Source: Thermoplasmatota archaeon
GTDB taxonomy: Archaea > Thermoplasmatota > Penumbrarchaeia > Penumbrarchaeales > Penumbrarchaeaceae
Assembly: GCA_965234725.1 (NCBI GenBank)
Contig: CBDDUX010000014.1
Coordinates: 21,682 to 85,681 of the forward strand
DNA: 64,000 nucleotides
Direction of reading: 5' to 3'
In this document: positions 55,360-64,000 of the stretch, piece by piece
How positions within the stretch are numbered: position 1 is the stretch's first letter
How the letters are laid out: each line of letters begins with the position of its first letter
Program-made: the position numbers and the translations under genes
The notes under the pieces: generated by a model
Told to the model about the DNA's origin: nothing
The model's input: only the letters and a program-made list of their open reading frames with translations
Database searches by the model: none

Positions 55360-58300
55360 ATGAATATGGTGTCGTTTAAGCCACTACTTTCAGCAAAGAC
55401 TATCTTATGCATTTTCTCAATGATCATATCCTCACTCCTTTTCTTTCCAGGAGAAGCAATTGAAATATTCCCACTTTCATCGGAGAATTACATTGGTAAG
55501 ACAGAAGATTTCGAGGTTTCCGGTTATTTCACGGAAAATATGGGACAGTGGGATGAAAGGATACTCTTTTCTTCCAGGACCGATTTTGGATTCGCTTATA
55601 TTGAGAGTGATGGAATTTCCTATGACCTCAGGGAGGCCCACCATCTGTTAAGGGTATCTTTCAAAGGATCCTTTGGATCCCAACCATTCGGGTCTTCAGA
55701 AATGGATTTTCCATCCAATTTCTTCATCGGAGACGATCCAGACGGATGGATAACTGGAGCAAGGAGCTTCAAGGAAGTAACTTACAAGGATGTCTGGCCT
55801 GATATAGATTTAAGATATTACTTCAATGATCAGGGACTGAAGTATGACCTTGTCCTCAAGGAGAACGGTAATCCCGAGGATATTCACCTAGATGTTCAGG
55901 GTATCGAAGGATTATCAATAACGGACCTTGAAATGAAAATGCTCATATCGGATGATCTTTCGATAAACGACGGTAATCTCATCGCCTATTCCGATGCATC
56001 ATTGAACCTTCCTGTTAGTTTCAAAGCGATCGATGGAACAGGTTACGGTTTCGAGATCGAGAAGAATAGAGGAGAAGTCGTTACGATTGATCCCCTCGTA
56101 TACTCCTCTGTGATAGGGAGCAGCCGGGGGTGTTACCCCAGTGACTTGGTAAAGGATGAATTTAACTGCACTTATTTAACAGGAAATACTAACTCACCGG
56201 ATTTTCCGAACACAACTGGAGCATATGATCAAGTATACAACGCATCGGACGTCTTTGTTACAAAATTGAACAGTTCTGGGACAGGGCTTGTTTTCTCGAC
56301 GTTTCTGGGAGGGTGGTATGGAGATATGGTAAAAAGGATCCGCATCGATGAATCTCTGAACATCTATGTCTCTGGTGAGACATACGGACCCGATTTTCCA
56401 ACAACACCCGGAGTGGTTCAGGAGGACTATTATTTAAATTCGGACATATTCATTTCAAAGTTCAATGCATCCGGTGATAAACTGCTCTATTCAACATTCG
56501 TCGGTGGTGATGGAGGAGATTTCGTACGGGATATGGAGGTAAAAAACGGTTGTGTCTATTTCGTTGGCGATTCACATTCTCATGATCTGCCTGGAGCTCA
56601 TGGACCCCTGGGAGGTGTTCATGGGATCGCCTATTTTTCAATCCTTGATCCAAATGCTACCGGTTTCATCGACTCAATGGTATGGGATGGATACTACGGT
56701 GAGGTCCCCTGTGCAATTGAGATCGACCAGGATGGCACAGTTGTGATCGGGGGATGGACATCATCGAGTGATTTCCCGGTAACCCCGCATTCCTTCCAGT
56801 TAAGTAAAATAGGCATCACAACTAATGGTTTTATACTCAGGTATGATCCAGCTTCAAGGTTCACAATTTTCTCAAGCCTTGTTGGAGAATGCAAGGTTGA
56901 GGATCTTCTGCTTGACAAGGATTCCAACATAATCTACTGCGGGTACACCTGGGAGATGTGGGGAACCAATGCCATTTTCCCTTTAAGAAACGAGGGATAC
57001 TGCTCCAGCTTCTCCGGATGGCGGGATGCCTTTTCTGCAAAGATGCTCTGGAACGGATCATCCATCGAATGGTCGACTCTTATCGGAGGTTCCTATAATG
57101 AGACCGCGAAAAGGGTGCATCTTGACCAGGCCGGGAATGTCTATCTCTACGGAGAGACCATTTCCCCCGACTTTCCTGTATCCAACGGAGCGTTCAGTAG
57201 CGTTTTTAGCGGGGAATCCGATGTTTTCATCTGCAAGTTCGACAACAATTGTTCGGATCTCAGGTATTCATCCTATCTTGGCGGCTCCGGGGAAGAGTGG
57301 GCGATTTCAAGCGTTCTTACGGATAAAAACAATATGACCTTGTTGGGAAATACGGGATCACCAGGATTTCCGGTTACCGAAGGGTCCTACAATACTTCAC
57401 ACGACGGCACCGGGGGGATGTTCCTTTCAGTGCTTACCATGCAGACCCTTCCAAGTGAACCTATTGAACTCCTCTGCAGAGGCAATGATGGGAATATTTC
57501 CCTTGAATGGAAGACTCCGGTCGATGACGGTGGATACTGTGAGATCAGCTACAACATATACAGGTCGCTGGACAGGGTATCATGGGAACTGTCGAATTTC
57601 AATATGACCAATACTTCATTCATCGACAACGAGGTGGATTACGGAATCGAATATCATTATCTTGTTAGATCACTGAATAAACTTGGTGAGGGGTCCGCAA
57701 GTAGGACCGTCAGCAATGTCTCAACTACAATTCCGGATCCACCAGAGAACCTCAGAACCGAGATAGGGTTAAGGGAGATATCCGTATTCTTCGATACTCC
57801 TTCTTTCGATGGTGGAATTCCCGTTACCGGATTCTCTCTTTACAGAAGTGAAAGATTAATCGCCAATCTATCTCCGGATGAGGACCAATATACTGACATG
57901 GATATTGAACAGGGAACTCAGTACGGTTACTGCCTCACATCATGGAACATCAACGGAGAGTCTGATCTTTCGGATACAGTTACTGCAGTCTCAAGGGACA
58001 CACCTTCTGCTCCAAGAAATCCATATGCCAGGATTATCGGAGAGGAGGTTATCCTTACTTGGGAGGAACCGGAATCCTTCGGGGGTCTGGATATCAAGAA
58101 ATATTTCATCTATAGGGGATTGGATGAAGCATCAATGGACCTGCATTCATCCTCTGAGGCAGAGGATCTTCTATTCCATGATTCGAACATACTGACGGGT
58201 GTGACTTACCATTACTCCATATCGGCTTTAAACGATCTCGGGGAATCCGAATGGACTCCTCTTGTTTCGTCGGTTCAATTGACAATACCTGGTCCACCTT

Positions 58301-59568
58301 TATATGTGAATGCGAAAGGAGGGATCGGTTTTATAGATCTTGAATGGAAAGGTCCTTCGGATGATGGTGGTTCGGGGGTTGAACAATACAGGCTGTTCCA
58401 TGGAACATCGACAAAGACAGCAGTATTGCTAACAACATTGCCGGGAGATGTGACATCATTCAGGCACCTGGACCTGCAGGAAAATGTGGTTCATCTTTAC
58501 TACTTGACTGCGGTGAATGAAATGGGGGAATCTGGAAGGTCCCATGTTGTATTCTGTCAGGTATTAGGGCTCCCCTCTCCTCCGAGGAATTTTACTGTCA
58601 AACCCGGAATCTCCATGATCAAACTGGAATGGAGAGCCCCCCTTGAACTAGGATCCGGGTCAATAATAGGATACAGGTTGATCAGTTTTTCAACTGATGA
58701 GGATTCTCAGAGAACAATAGACCTTGATCAGTCTTGGAGGTCCTATGAGGACCTAGATGTATCCAGGAAAACGATCTATACCTACCGGTTGCTGGCATTG
58801 GGTGAATACGGCACATCACAGCCTAGCATCAATCTTTCAGCCGTCCCCCTCTCAAATCCCGACAGCCCGGTATCATTGGAAATCAGGCCCAGCGGTGTGG
58901 GATTGATGCTTTCATGGTCACCTCCTGTTTTCGATGGAGGGTTGAATCTCACCTGGTATTCCATTCAGCGGAGAGAACTTGGTGGGATTTTTGGCAACCT
59001 GAGAAATGTCGATGCCAATACAACGAATTACGTTGACAACAGCGTTCAACCGGGTATCGAATATTGCTACAGGATATTGGCAATGAACAATGCCGGGAAA
59101 TCGGAACCAAGTGAGGAGGTTCATGGAAGTACGGATGACATACCCGCTTCCCCTGACCAATTGACTGCAAGGTTAGTTGGAGATTCGGTGCTTCTCCAAT
59201 GGTCCCACCAATACGAGGGATCGGGGCAGTTGTGGTTCAATGTGTACAGATCGGATCATAATCTTTCCCTTCAGAAGATCGCGGTTGTAGATGGTAGGTT
59301 AACCTCCTTTATTGATCTCCATTGCGAGCAGGGAGAATCCCTCGTATACAGAATTTCAGCTGAAAACGAGATAGGTGAAGGTCCAATGCGGGAGTCAGAC
59401 CCGATCCTCATTCCGGGAATTTCCGAAAACGAGGAGAAGAGGGACAACTATCTGAGAATCTCCCTTTTCGCTTCTCTGTTGATCATGATCATCCTGATAT
59501 CGGGATTTCTTATAGCGGGTAGAAGACAGCTTGATGATGATGAGATAATGCAGTGGGAGGAGGAATGA
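55360..59568 (+). CDS. SBBP-repeat (beta-propeller) + fibronectin type III surface protein
   Basis: FTENMGQW, IDPLVYSS, repeated G.T.S.DFP.T.GA / D.F..K / YST..GG; about seven FN3 modules; C-terminal TM. Confidence 0.87.
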   Translation: MNMVSFKPLLSAKTILCIFSMIISSLLFFPGEAIEIFPLSSENYIGKTEDFEVSGYFTENMGQWDERILFSSRTDFGFAYIESDGISYDLREAHHLLRVSFKGSFGSQPFGSSEMDFPSNFFIGDDPDGWITGARSFKEVTYKDVWPDIDLRYYFNDQGLKYDLVLKENGNPEDIHLDVQGIEGLSITDLEMKMLISDDLSINDGNLIAYSDASLNLPVSFKAIDGTGYGFEIEKNRGEVVTIDPLVYSSVIGSSRGCYPSDLVKDEFNCTYLTGNTNSPDFPNTTGAYDQVYNASDVFVTKLNSSGTGLVFSTFLGGWYGDMVKRIRIDESLNIYVSGETYGPDFPTTPGVVQEDYYLNSDIFISKFNASGDKLLYSTFVGGDGGDFVRDMEVKNGCVYFVGDSHSHDLPGAHGPLGGVHGIAYFSILDPNATGFIDSMVWDGYYGEVPCAIEIDQDGTVVIGGWTSSSDFPVTPHSFQLSKIGITTNGFILRYDPASRFTIFSSLVGECKVEDLLLDKDSNIIYCGYTWEMWGTNAIFPLRNEGYCSSFSGWRDAFSAKMLWNGSSIEWSTLIGGSYNETAKRVHLDQAGNVYLYGETISPDFPVSNGAFSSVFSGESDVFICKFDNNCSDLRYSSYLGGSGEEWAISSVLTDKNNMTLLGNTGSPGFPVTEGSYNTSHDGTGGMFLSVLTMQTLPSEPIELLCRGNDGNISLEWKTPVDDGGYCEISYNIYRSLDRVSWELSNFNMTNTSFIDNEVDYGIEYHYLVRSLNKLGEGSASRTVSNVSTTIPDPPENLRTEIGLREISVFFDTPSFDGGIPVTGFSLYRSERLIANLSPDEDQYTDMDIEQGTQYGYCLTSWNINGESDLSDTVTAVSRDTPSAPRNPYARIIGEEVILTWEEPESFGGLDIKKYFIYRGLDEASMDLHSSSEAEDLLFHDSNILTGVTYHYSISALNDLGESEWTPLVSSVQLTIPGPPLYVNAKGGIGFIDLEWKGPSDDGGSGVEQYRLFHGTSTKTAVLLTTLPGDVTSFRHLDLQENVVHLYYLTAVNEMGESGRSHVVFCQVLGLPSPPRNFTVKPGISMIKLEWRAPLELGSGSIIGYRLISFSTDEDSQRTIDLDQSWRSYEDLDVSRKTIYTYRLLALGEYGTSQPSINLSAVPLSNPDSPVSLEIRPSGVGLMLSWSPPVFDGGLNLTWYSIQRRELGGIFGNLRNVDANTTNYVDNSVQPGIEYCYRILAMNNAGKSEPSEEVHGSTDDIPASPDQLTARLVGDSVLLQWSHQYEGSGQLWFNVYRSDHNLSLQKIAVVDGRLTSFIDLHCEQGESLVYRISAENEIGEGPMRESDPILIPGISENEEKRDNYLRISLFASLLIMIILISGFLIAGRRQLDDDEIMQWEEE

Positions 59569-59571
59569 TCC

Positions 59572-62500
59572 ATGAGGTCTATTAGAGTGGAACCGGTAAT
59601 CTCAACCGTCTCCATTTTGTTAATGTTGATATTGTCCTATCCAGTCCAATCGATAGAGGAAACGGACCGAACCCCCTTCTTGAATGAACCACAATCTGTT
59701 TTGAATTGCGAGCAGTATGGTACATCGGAATTCGTGGAGAATCTGGGACAATGGGAAGATACCATTTCCTTCATTGCCGAAACAGGATTCGGGCAGATCT
59801 CTTTGACCCCTTCATCCATGATGGTGAACCTGATAGAATCCGCTACGGATGAGACAGTTAGGGGCAATGTTCTCCGTTATGATTTCATAGATACGAATCA
59901 TGCAGATCCTCTTGGATTTGACCTTTTATCGGGTATAAGCAATTATTTTAAGGGAGACGACGAAAGGGATTGGGTCACTGGTGCTGGAAGATTCTCAGGG
60001 GTCCATTATGAGGATTTATGGACTGGAATCGATCTGGATGTTGTCGGGGACGGGCCAAAATACGAATTCACGATGGAACCTTTCTCGGATCCCTCGGATA
60101 TCATGATGAGGCTGTCGGGCCATATTTCTCTTTCGGTTGACGGGAATGCATTGCAGATTCAACTTGAAAATGGAATGTCAGTCGAGGATACAGGCCTTAA
60201 AGCATATTACAGGGACCTTCCGGAAGAAGAGATCGATGTCGAATTCCTCGTGATCGAGGAGGATACCTTCACATTTGAATTGGGAGAGTATGATGCCTCG
60301 AGAGCAGTAGTCATCGACCCCATTCTAAAGCAATCCACATTTATCGGAGGAACAGGGGTCGACAGCATCGGAAGGTCCGTTGTGGACGAGGATGGATACG
60401 TTTATACTGTCGGTTCCACCTGGTCTCTTGACTTTCCGGTAACAGAAGGTGCTTATTGTATCAACTGGAGCACATTTGATAATATTGTCGTCTTCAAGAT
60501 CGACCCAACTCTGAAGAACCTCTCCTATTCAACCTACATCAGCGGGGCTGATATGGATTATGGTTATTCGATCGCCCTTTGCGGTGACGGAGATGTCATA
60601 GTGGCAGGTCATACACTTTCAACTGATTTCCCGACAACAGAAGGTGCCTATGACAGGTCCCTATTCAAGAAAGGATATGAGCGTTTCTATGATCTTTTCG
60701 TTCTGCGTTTGAATGTGAACGGGACCGACCTCGAATATTCCACCTACGTCGGGGATTACGGGACCGAAACCTTTCCGGTAGTATCTGTCGACAACAATGG
60801 AAGGGCCTTTGTTGCCGCAACTGTCTCTACGGGAAACTTCACAACCACATCTGGTGCCTATTCAAGGGATTTCAGTGGTATCAGCGACATCGGGCTCTTC
60901 GTTCTCAACCCTTCGGGAAGCGGGCTTGATTACTCGACTTTCATCGGTGGGTCAGGTTTTGATGAGCCAGCGGATATGGTCCTTTCCGGAGACCACCTGG
61001 TCTACCTGACCGGCAGGACCAATTCCACCGATATGCCCACAACACAGGGGGCTTATGACAGATCCTACAACGCCAACAAGACCGATGTCAATCCTTTCGT
61101 TCTGTGTTTCAACCTCACAAAAAACGATCTGGAGTTCTCAACATACATGAGCATTGGAGAGGGGAAATGTATCGCTCTCGATGATGATGGGAATATTTAC
61201 GTTGGGGGAAGCACTTCATCATGGAGGTTCAAGACAACCGAAGGTGCTTTCCAGACCAATCTGAGCAGGAGATGGGACGGCATCCTTTTCAAACTTGATC
61301 CCTGGGGGCAAAACCTGATCTATTCCACATTCATAGGGGGATTAGAATATGATTACATACTGGATCTCGGAGTCAATTCAACGGGATCTGCCTTTATAAC
61401 GGGTAGGACCATGTCAAAGGATTTTCCCTGCACTCAAGGAGCCTACGATGTCAATATTTCTACCCGATTCGACGTTTTCATTTCCTCGGTACTACCCGAT
61501 GGCAGTGATCTGGTCTATTCTTCATTTCTGGGGGGGACAAGTGATGATCTTTCCTGTTCTATAAATCTCCTGGATGAAAGAACAGCCTGTATTACGGGAT
61601 CCACATATTCCAGCGATTTCCCCACATTATCCGGATCGTATTCGAGCGGTTTCAAGGGTGCTACTGATTATTTTATAAGCATCATGAACTGTTCGATGGT
61701 AGAACTGCCACCAGCTCCACCATTGAACCTTACCGGAAGAATGGAGGGTGGAAAGGTCTATCTGGAATGGCTGGAACCCGATTGGGACGGTAACTGTCCA
61801 ATCCTCGGGTACAATATTTCAAGGGGATACGAGACCGGCCACAAGACCTTTCTCGACAGTTCCCCCTCTACATACTTTATCGATGACGATGTTGATGTGA
61901 CAAAAACATATTCCTATTATGTCACATCCAATAACATCATCGGAACCTCAACAACCTCTAACTGGATAACCGTGAAGGAAGCCGAACCTCCTCAATTCGT
62001 CGAGGACTTGACGACCACAAATATTGTCCCTGGCCAGGAACTAACATTCTCCGTGAAGGTAAAAGACAATGGCATACTGAGAAAGGTCAATCTCATCTTC
62101 AGTCTGGATCAGGGACCGTCATCAAACTTTACAATTTTCAATCAAGGTGATGACCTCTATTCCCTGACCACTTTCCTACCAGATAGTGAGTTCACACTTT
62201 CCTACCGATTCTATGCCCTTGATTCAAAGGGCAATCAAAATTCGACAGGAGAGAAGATAATTCCTGTCAGAGGTTCTTTCCTACCAAGATTCTTAGAGGA
62301 TTTTACACCATCGGTAACCAGATCATATAAGGAATTGAAATTCTCCACAACCATTATTGACAACTGGGGTGTTGGAGAAGCTTACCTGGAATACTGGATA
62401 AACGAGGGTTATCACCGGAACAGGACAATGGGAAGCGATGATGATCAGTTCTTCCACAGAATTACTGTAACTGGAATGCCTGGGGATATTCTTCACTACG

Positions 62501-63831
62501 TATTCTCTGCCAAGGACCTTCATGGAAACTGGAATTCAACGGTTCCAATGACGGTGCAAATAATCGATGATACGCCTCCCATCTTGCTGGAGGATATAAC
62601 TCCCGAGGAGGGAACAACCGGGGATCCATTCACCTTCCTTGTGGAGGCCGCAGACGATCATATAGGAACTGAAGTTAGATTGACCATGCGAATTGGAGAG
62701 GGTGATATTGATGTCATTGAAATGAAAATGGGAAACGGTTCACTCTTCTTCCATGAAGTTCTCCTTCCCCATACGAATGAGGATCTGCAATACTGTTTCG
62801 AACTAGAGGATCACTTCGGCAATACATGTGCCACCGGATGGAGGAATGTATCCATTCGGGATAACGATCCGCCCGTATTCAACTCCGATGAAAGCGAATT
62901 AGAGGCCCTTTCAGGTAGTTATTTCAGATTCAGTTGCGATGCCTCTGATAATATCGGGTTGGAAAAGGTAAGTGTCCAGTACTGGTTCGATCAGGGAAGC
63001 AGGATCACTGTTGATCTGAGGACAGGTGGTATGTTTTTCAATTATATGATCAAGGTGCCGGAGGAAATGACTAGGAGCATTCATTACATATTCCTGATGG
63101 AGGATACTTCGGGCAACTTTGCCGATGGTCCTATCTTAACCACAGGCATTAGGGATGGCCTGCCTCCAAAGATACGGTCTATAGATGATGTGACGATATA
63201 CTCGGGAGAGGAATTGATCATAGAGGCCGATGTGTCGGACAACATCGGCATAGCCATGATTTACTGGTCAGGCCTTCCGTTTGGCGGCAACTTGTCGGTG
63301 TGGTCGGGGATCCTATCGGAAGAGGGTGAAAACGTAGTGGTGGTGACAGCGGAGGATCTAGCCGGTAATAAGGCAAGTGAGACTTTTTATATAACAGTCC
63401 TCCCAGTCGATTACGACTGGGACGAGGACACGATCCCTGACCTTTTGGAGATAGAATTGGGATTGGATCCAAGAGACAGGACAGACGGCGGACACGATCT
63501 CGATCATGATGGATTGAGCAATTTCTGGGAGTATAAAATAGGAACCCTGCTTGATCTTGCCGATACTGACGATGATTCAATGCCTGACGGATGGGAGGTC
63601 GAATACGATCTTGATCCATTGACCCCTTCAGGGGAAAATGATGCAGATGAGGACGGTTTCACAGATCTTGAGGAATACATAAATGGAACAGATCCTAGGG
63701 TTGCTGAAATCGAGGAGGATGAAAAAGGATATAGAATGTTCAGTATGCTGGATATCGCTCTTTTAATCCTTCTACTTACCATGTGCTTGATATTGATCTC
63801 GGTCCTGATCAAAAGGAGAAGGTTGAATTAA
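59572..63831 (+). CDS. SBBP-repeat + FN3 + Ig-like surface protein with D-x-D-x-D Ca-binding repeats
   Basis: FVENLGQW, SBBP repeats, DN.G Ig modules, DWDEDTIPD/DLDHDGLSN/DTDDDSMPD/DADEDGFTD, C-terminal TM. Confidence 0.87.
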   Translation: MRSIRVEPVISTVSILLMLILSYPVQSIEETDRTPFLNEPQSVLNCEQYGTSEFVENLGQWEDTISFIAETGFGQISLTPSSMMVNLIESATDETVRGNVLRYDFIDTNHADPLGFDLLSGISNYFKGDDERDWVTGAGRFSGVHYEDLWTGIDLDVVGDGPKYEFTMEPFSDPSDIMMRLSGHISLSVDGNALQIQLENGMSVEDTGLKAYYRDLPEEEIDVEFLVIEEDTFTFELGEYDASRAVVIDPILKQSTFIGGTGVDSIGRSVVDEDGYVYTVGSTWSLDFPVTEGAYCINWSTFDNIVVFKIDPTLKNLSYSTYISGADMDYGYSIALCGDGDVIVAGHTLSTDFPTTEGAYDRSLFKKGYERFYDLFVLRLNVNGTDLEYSTYVGDYGTETFPVVSVDNNGRAFVAATVSTGNFTTTSGAYSRDFSGISDIGLFVLNPSGSGLDYSTFIGGSGFDEPADMVLSGDHLVYLTGRTNSTDMPTTQGAYDRSYNANKTDVNPFVLCFNLTKNDLEFSTYMSIGEGKCIALDDDGNIYVGGSTSSWRFKTTEGAFQTNLSRRWDGILFKLDPWGQNLIYSTFIGGLEYDYILDLGVNSTGSAFITGRTMSKDFPCTQGAYDVNISTRFDVFISSVLPDGSDLVYSSFLGGTSDDLSCSINLLDERTACITGSTYSSDFPTLSGSYSSGFKGATDYFISIMNCSMVELPPAPPLNLTGRMEGGKVYLEWLEPDWDGNCPILGYNISRGYETGHKTFLDSSPSTYFIDDDVDVTKTYSYYVTSNNIIGTSTTSNWITVKEAEPPQFVEDLTTTNIVPGQELTFSVKVKDNGILRKVNLIFSLDQGPSSNFTIFNQGDDLYSLTTFLPDSEFTLSYRFYALDSKGNQNSTGEKIIPVRGSFLPRFLEDFTPSVTRSYKELKFSTTIIDNWGVGEAYLEYWINEGYHRNRTMGSDDDQFFHRITVTGMPGDILHYVFSAKDLHGNWNSTVPMTVQIIDDTPPILLEDITPEEGTTGDPFTFLVEAADDHIGTEVRLTMRIGEGDIDVIEMKMGNGSLFFHEVLLPHTNEDLQYCFELEDHFGNTCATGWRNVSIRDNDPPVFNSDESELEALSGSYFRFSCDASDNIGLEKVSVQYWFDQGSRITVDLRTGGMFFNYMIKVPEEMTRSIHYIFLMEDTSGNFADGPILTTGIRDGLPPKIRSIDDVTIYSGEELIIEADVSDNIGIAMIYWSGLPFGGNLSVWSGILSEEGENVVVVTAEDLAGNKASETFYITVLPVDYDWDEDTIPDLLEIELGLDPRDRTDGGHDLDHDGLSNFWEYKIGTLLDLADTDDDSMPDGWEVEYDLDPLTPSGENDADEDGFTDLEEYINGTDPRVAEIEEDEKGYRMFSMLDIALLILLLTMCLILISVLIKRRRLN

Positions 63832-64000
63832 TAGAATTATTTGGAAATATATCTACATTCTTGAAGATTCTGCAGATATTGCCATACAATATAATTGGAT
63901 AGAAGGGAGAAGTTTCACTTTCCGTAATCTCCCTGTTGTCAAGGTTATATCCCGACTTTGACAGTTTAACCACTGATTTGACCACATTTTAATATTTGAC

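Noticed and set aside
152-63812. Many short ORFs overlapping the called genes
   Set aside because: Shadow frames of well-supported genes with no motifs of their own

Overview
Archaeal chromosome window. TFB, RpoD with rps13-rps4-rps11, proteasome beta, aCPSF1 and CarS are clearly archaeal. Class II HMG-CoA reductase, many single-pass surface proteins, clostripain and S8 proteases suggest a proteolytic Thermoplasmatota member (inference). Main content: a tungsten aldehyde:ferredoxin oxidoreductase operon with ThiF/ThiS/MobB, tRNA-modification genes (dus, queA, bacterial-type tgt, trmJ, truA), core information genes, and large secreted or anchored proteins. Most unusual observations: (1) tRNA-Leu(GAG) is flanked on its 3' side by two ~164-bp hairpin-rich units, each bounded by a copy of the tRNA's 17-nt 3' end and showing compensatory stem changes. 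On its 5' side it has a duplicated 5' end plus an antisense D-arm copy. (2) An intact bacterial-type queA-tgt queuosine operon sits in an archaeon. (3) The rps13 operon has a four-way-junction 5' leader. (4) There are several odd fusions: inactive HNH-GrpE, Omp28-like/redoxin/CcdA, an apparently circularly permuted Omp28-like domain, and a presenilin with a large insertion. No integrase, transposase or CRISPR array was recognised. All calls come from motif recognition by eye; no database searches were run.
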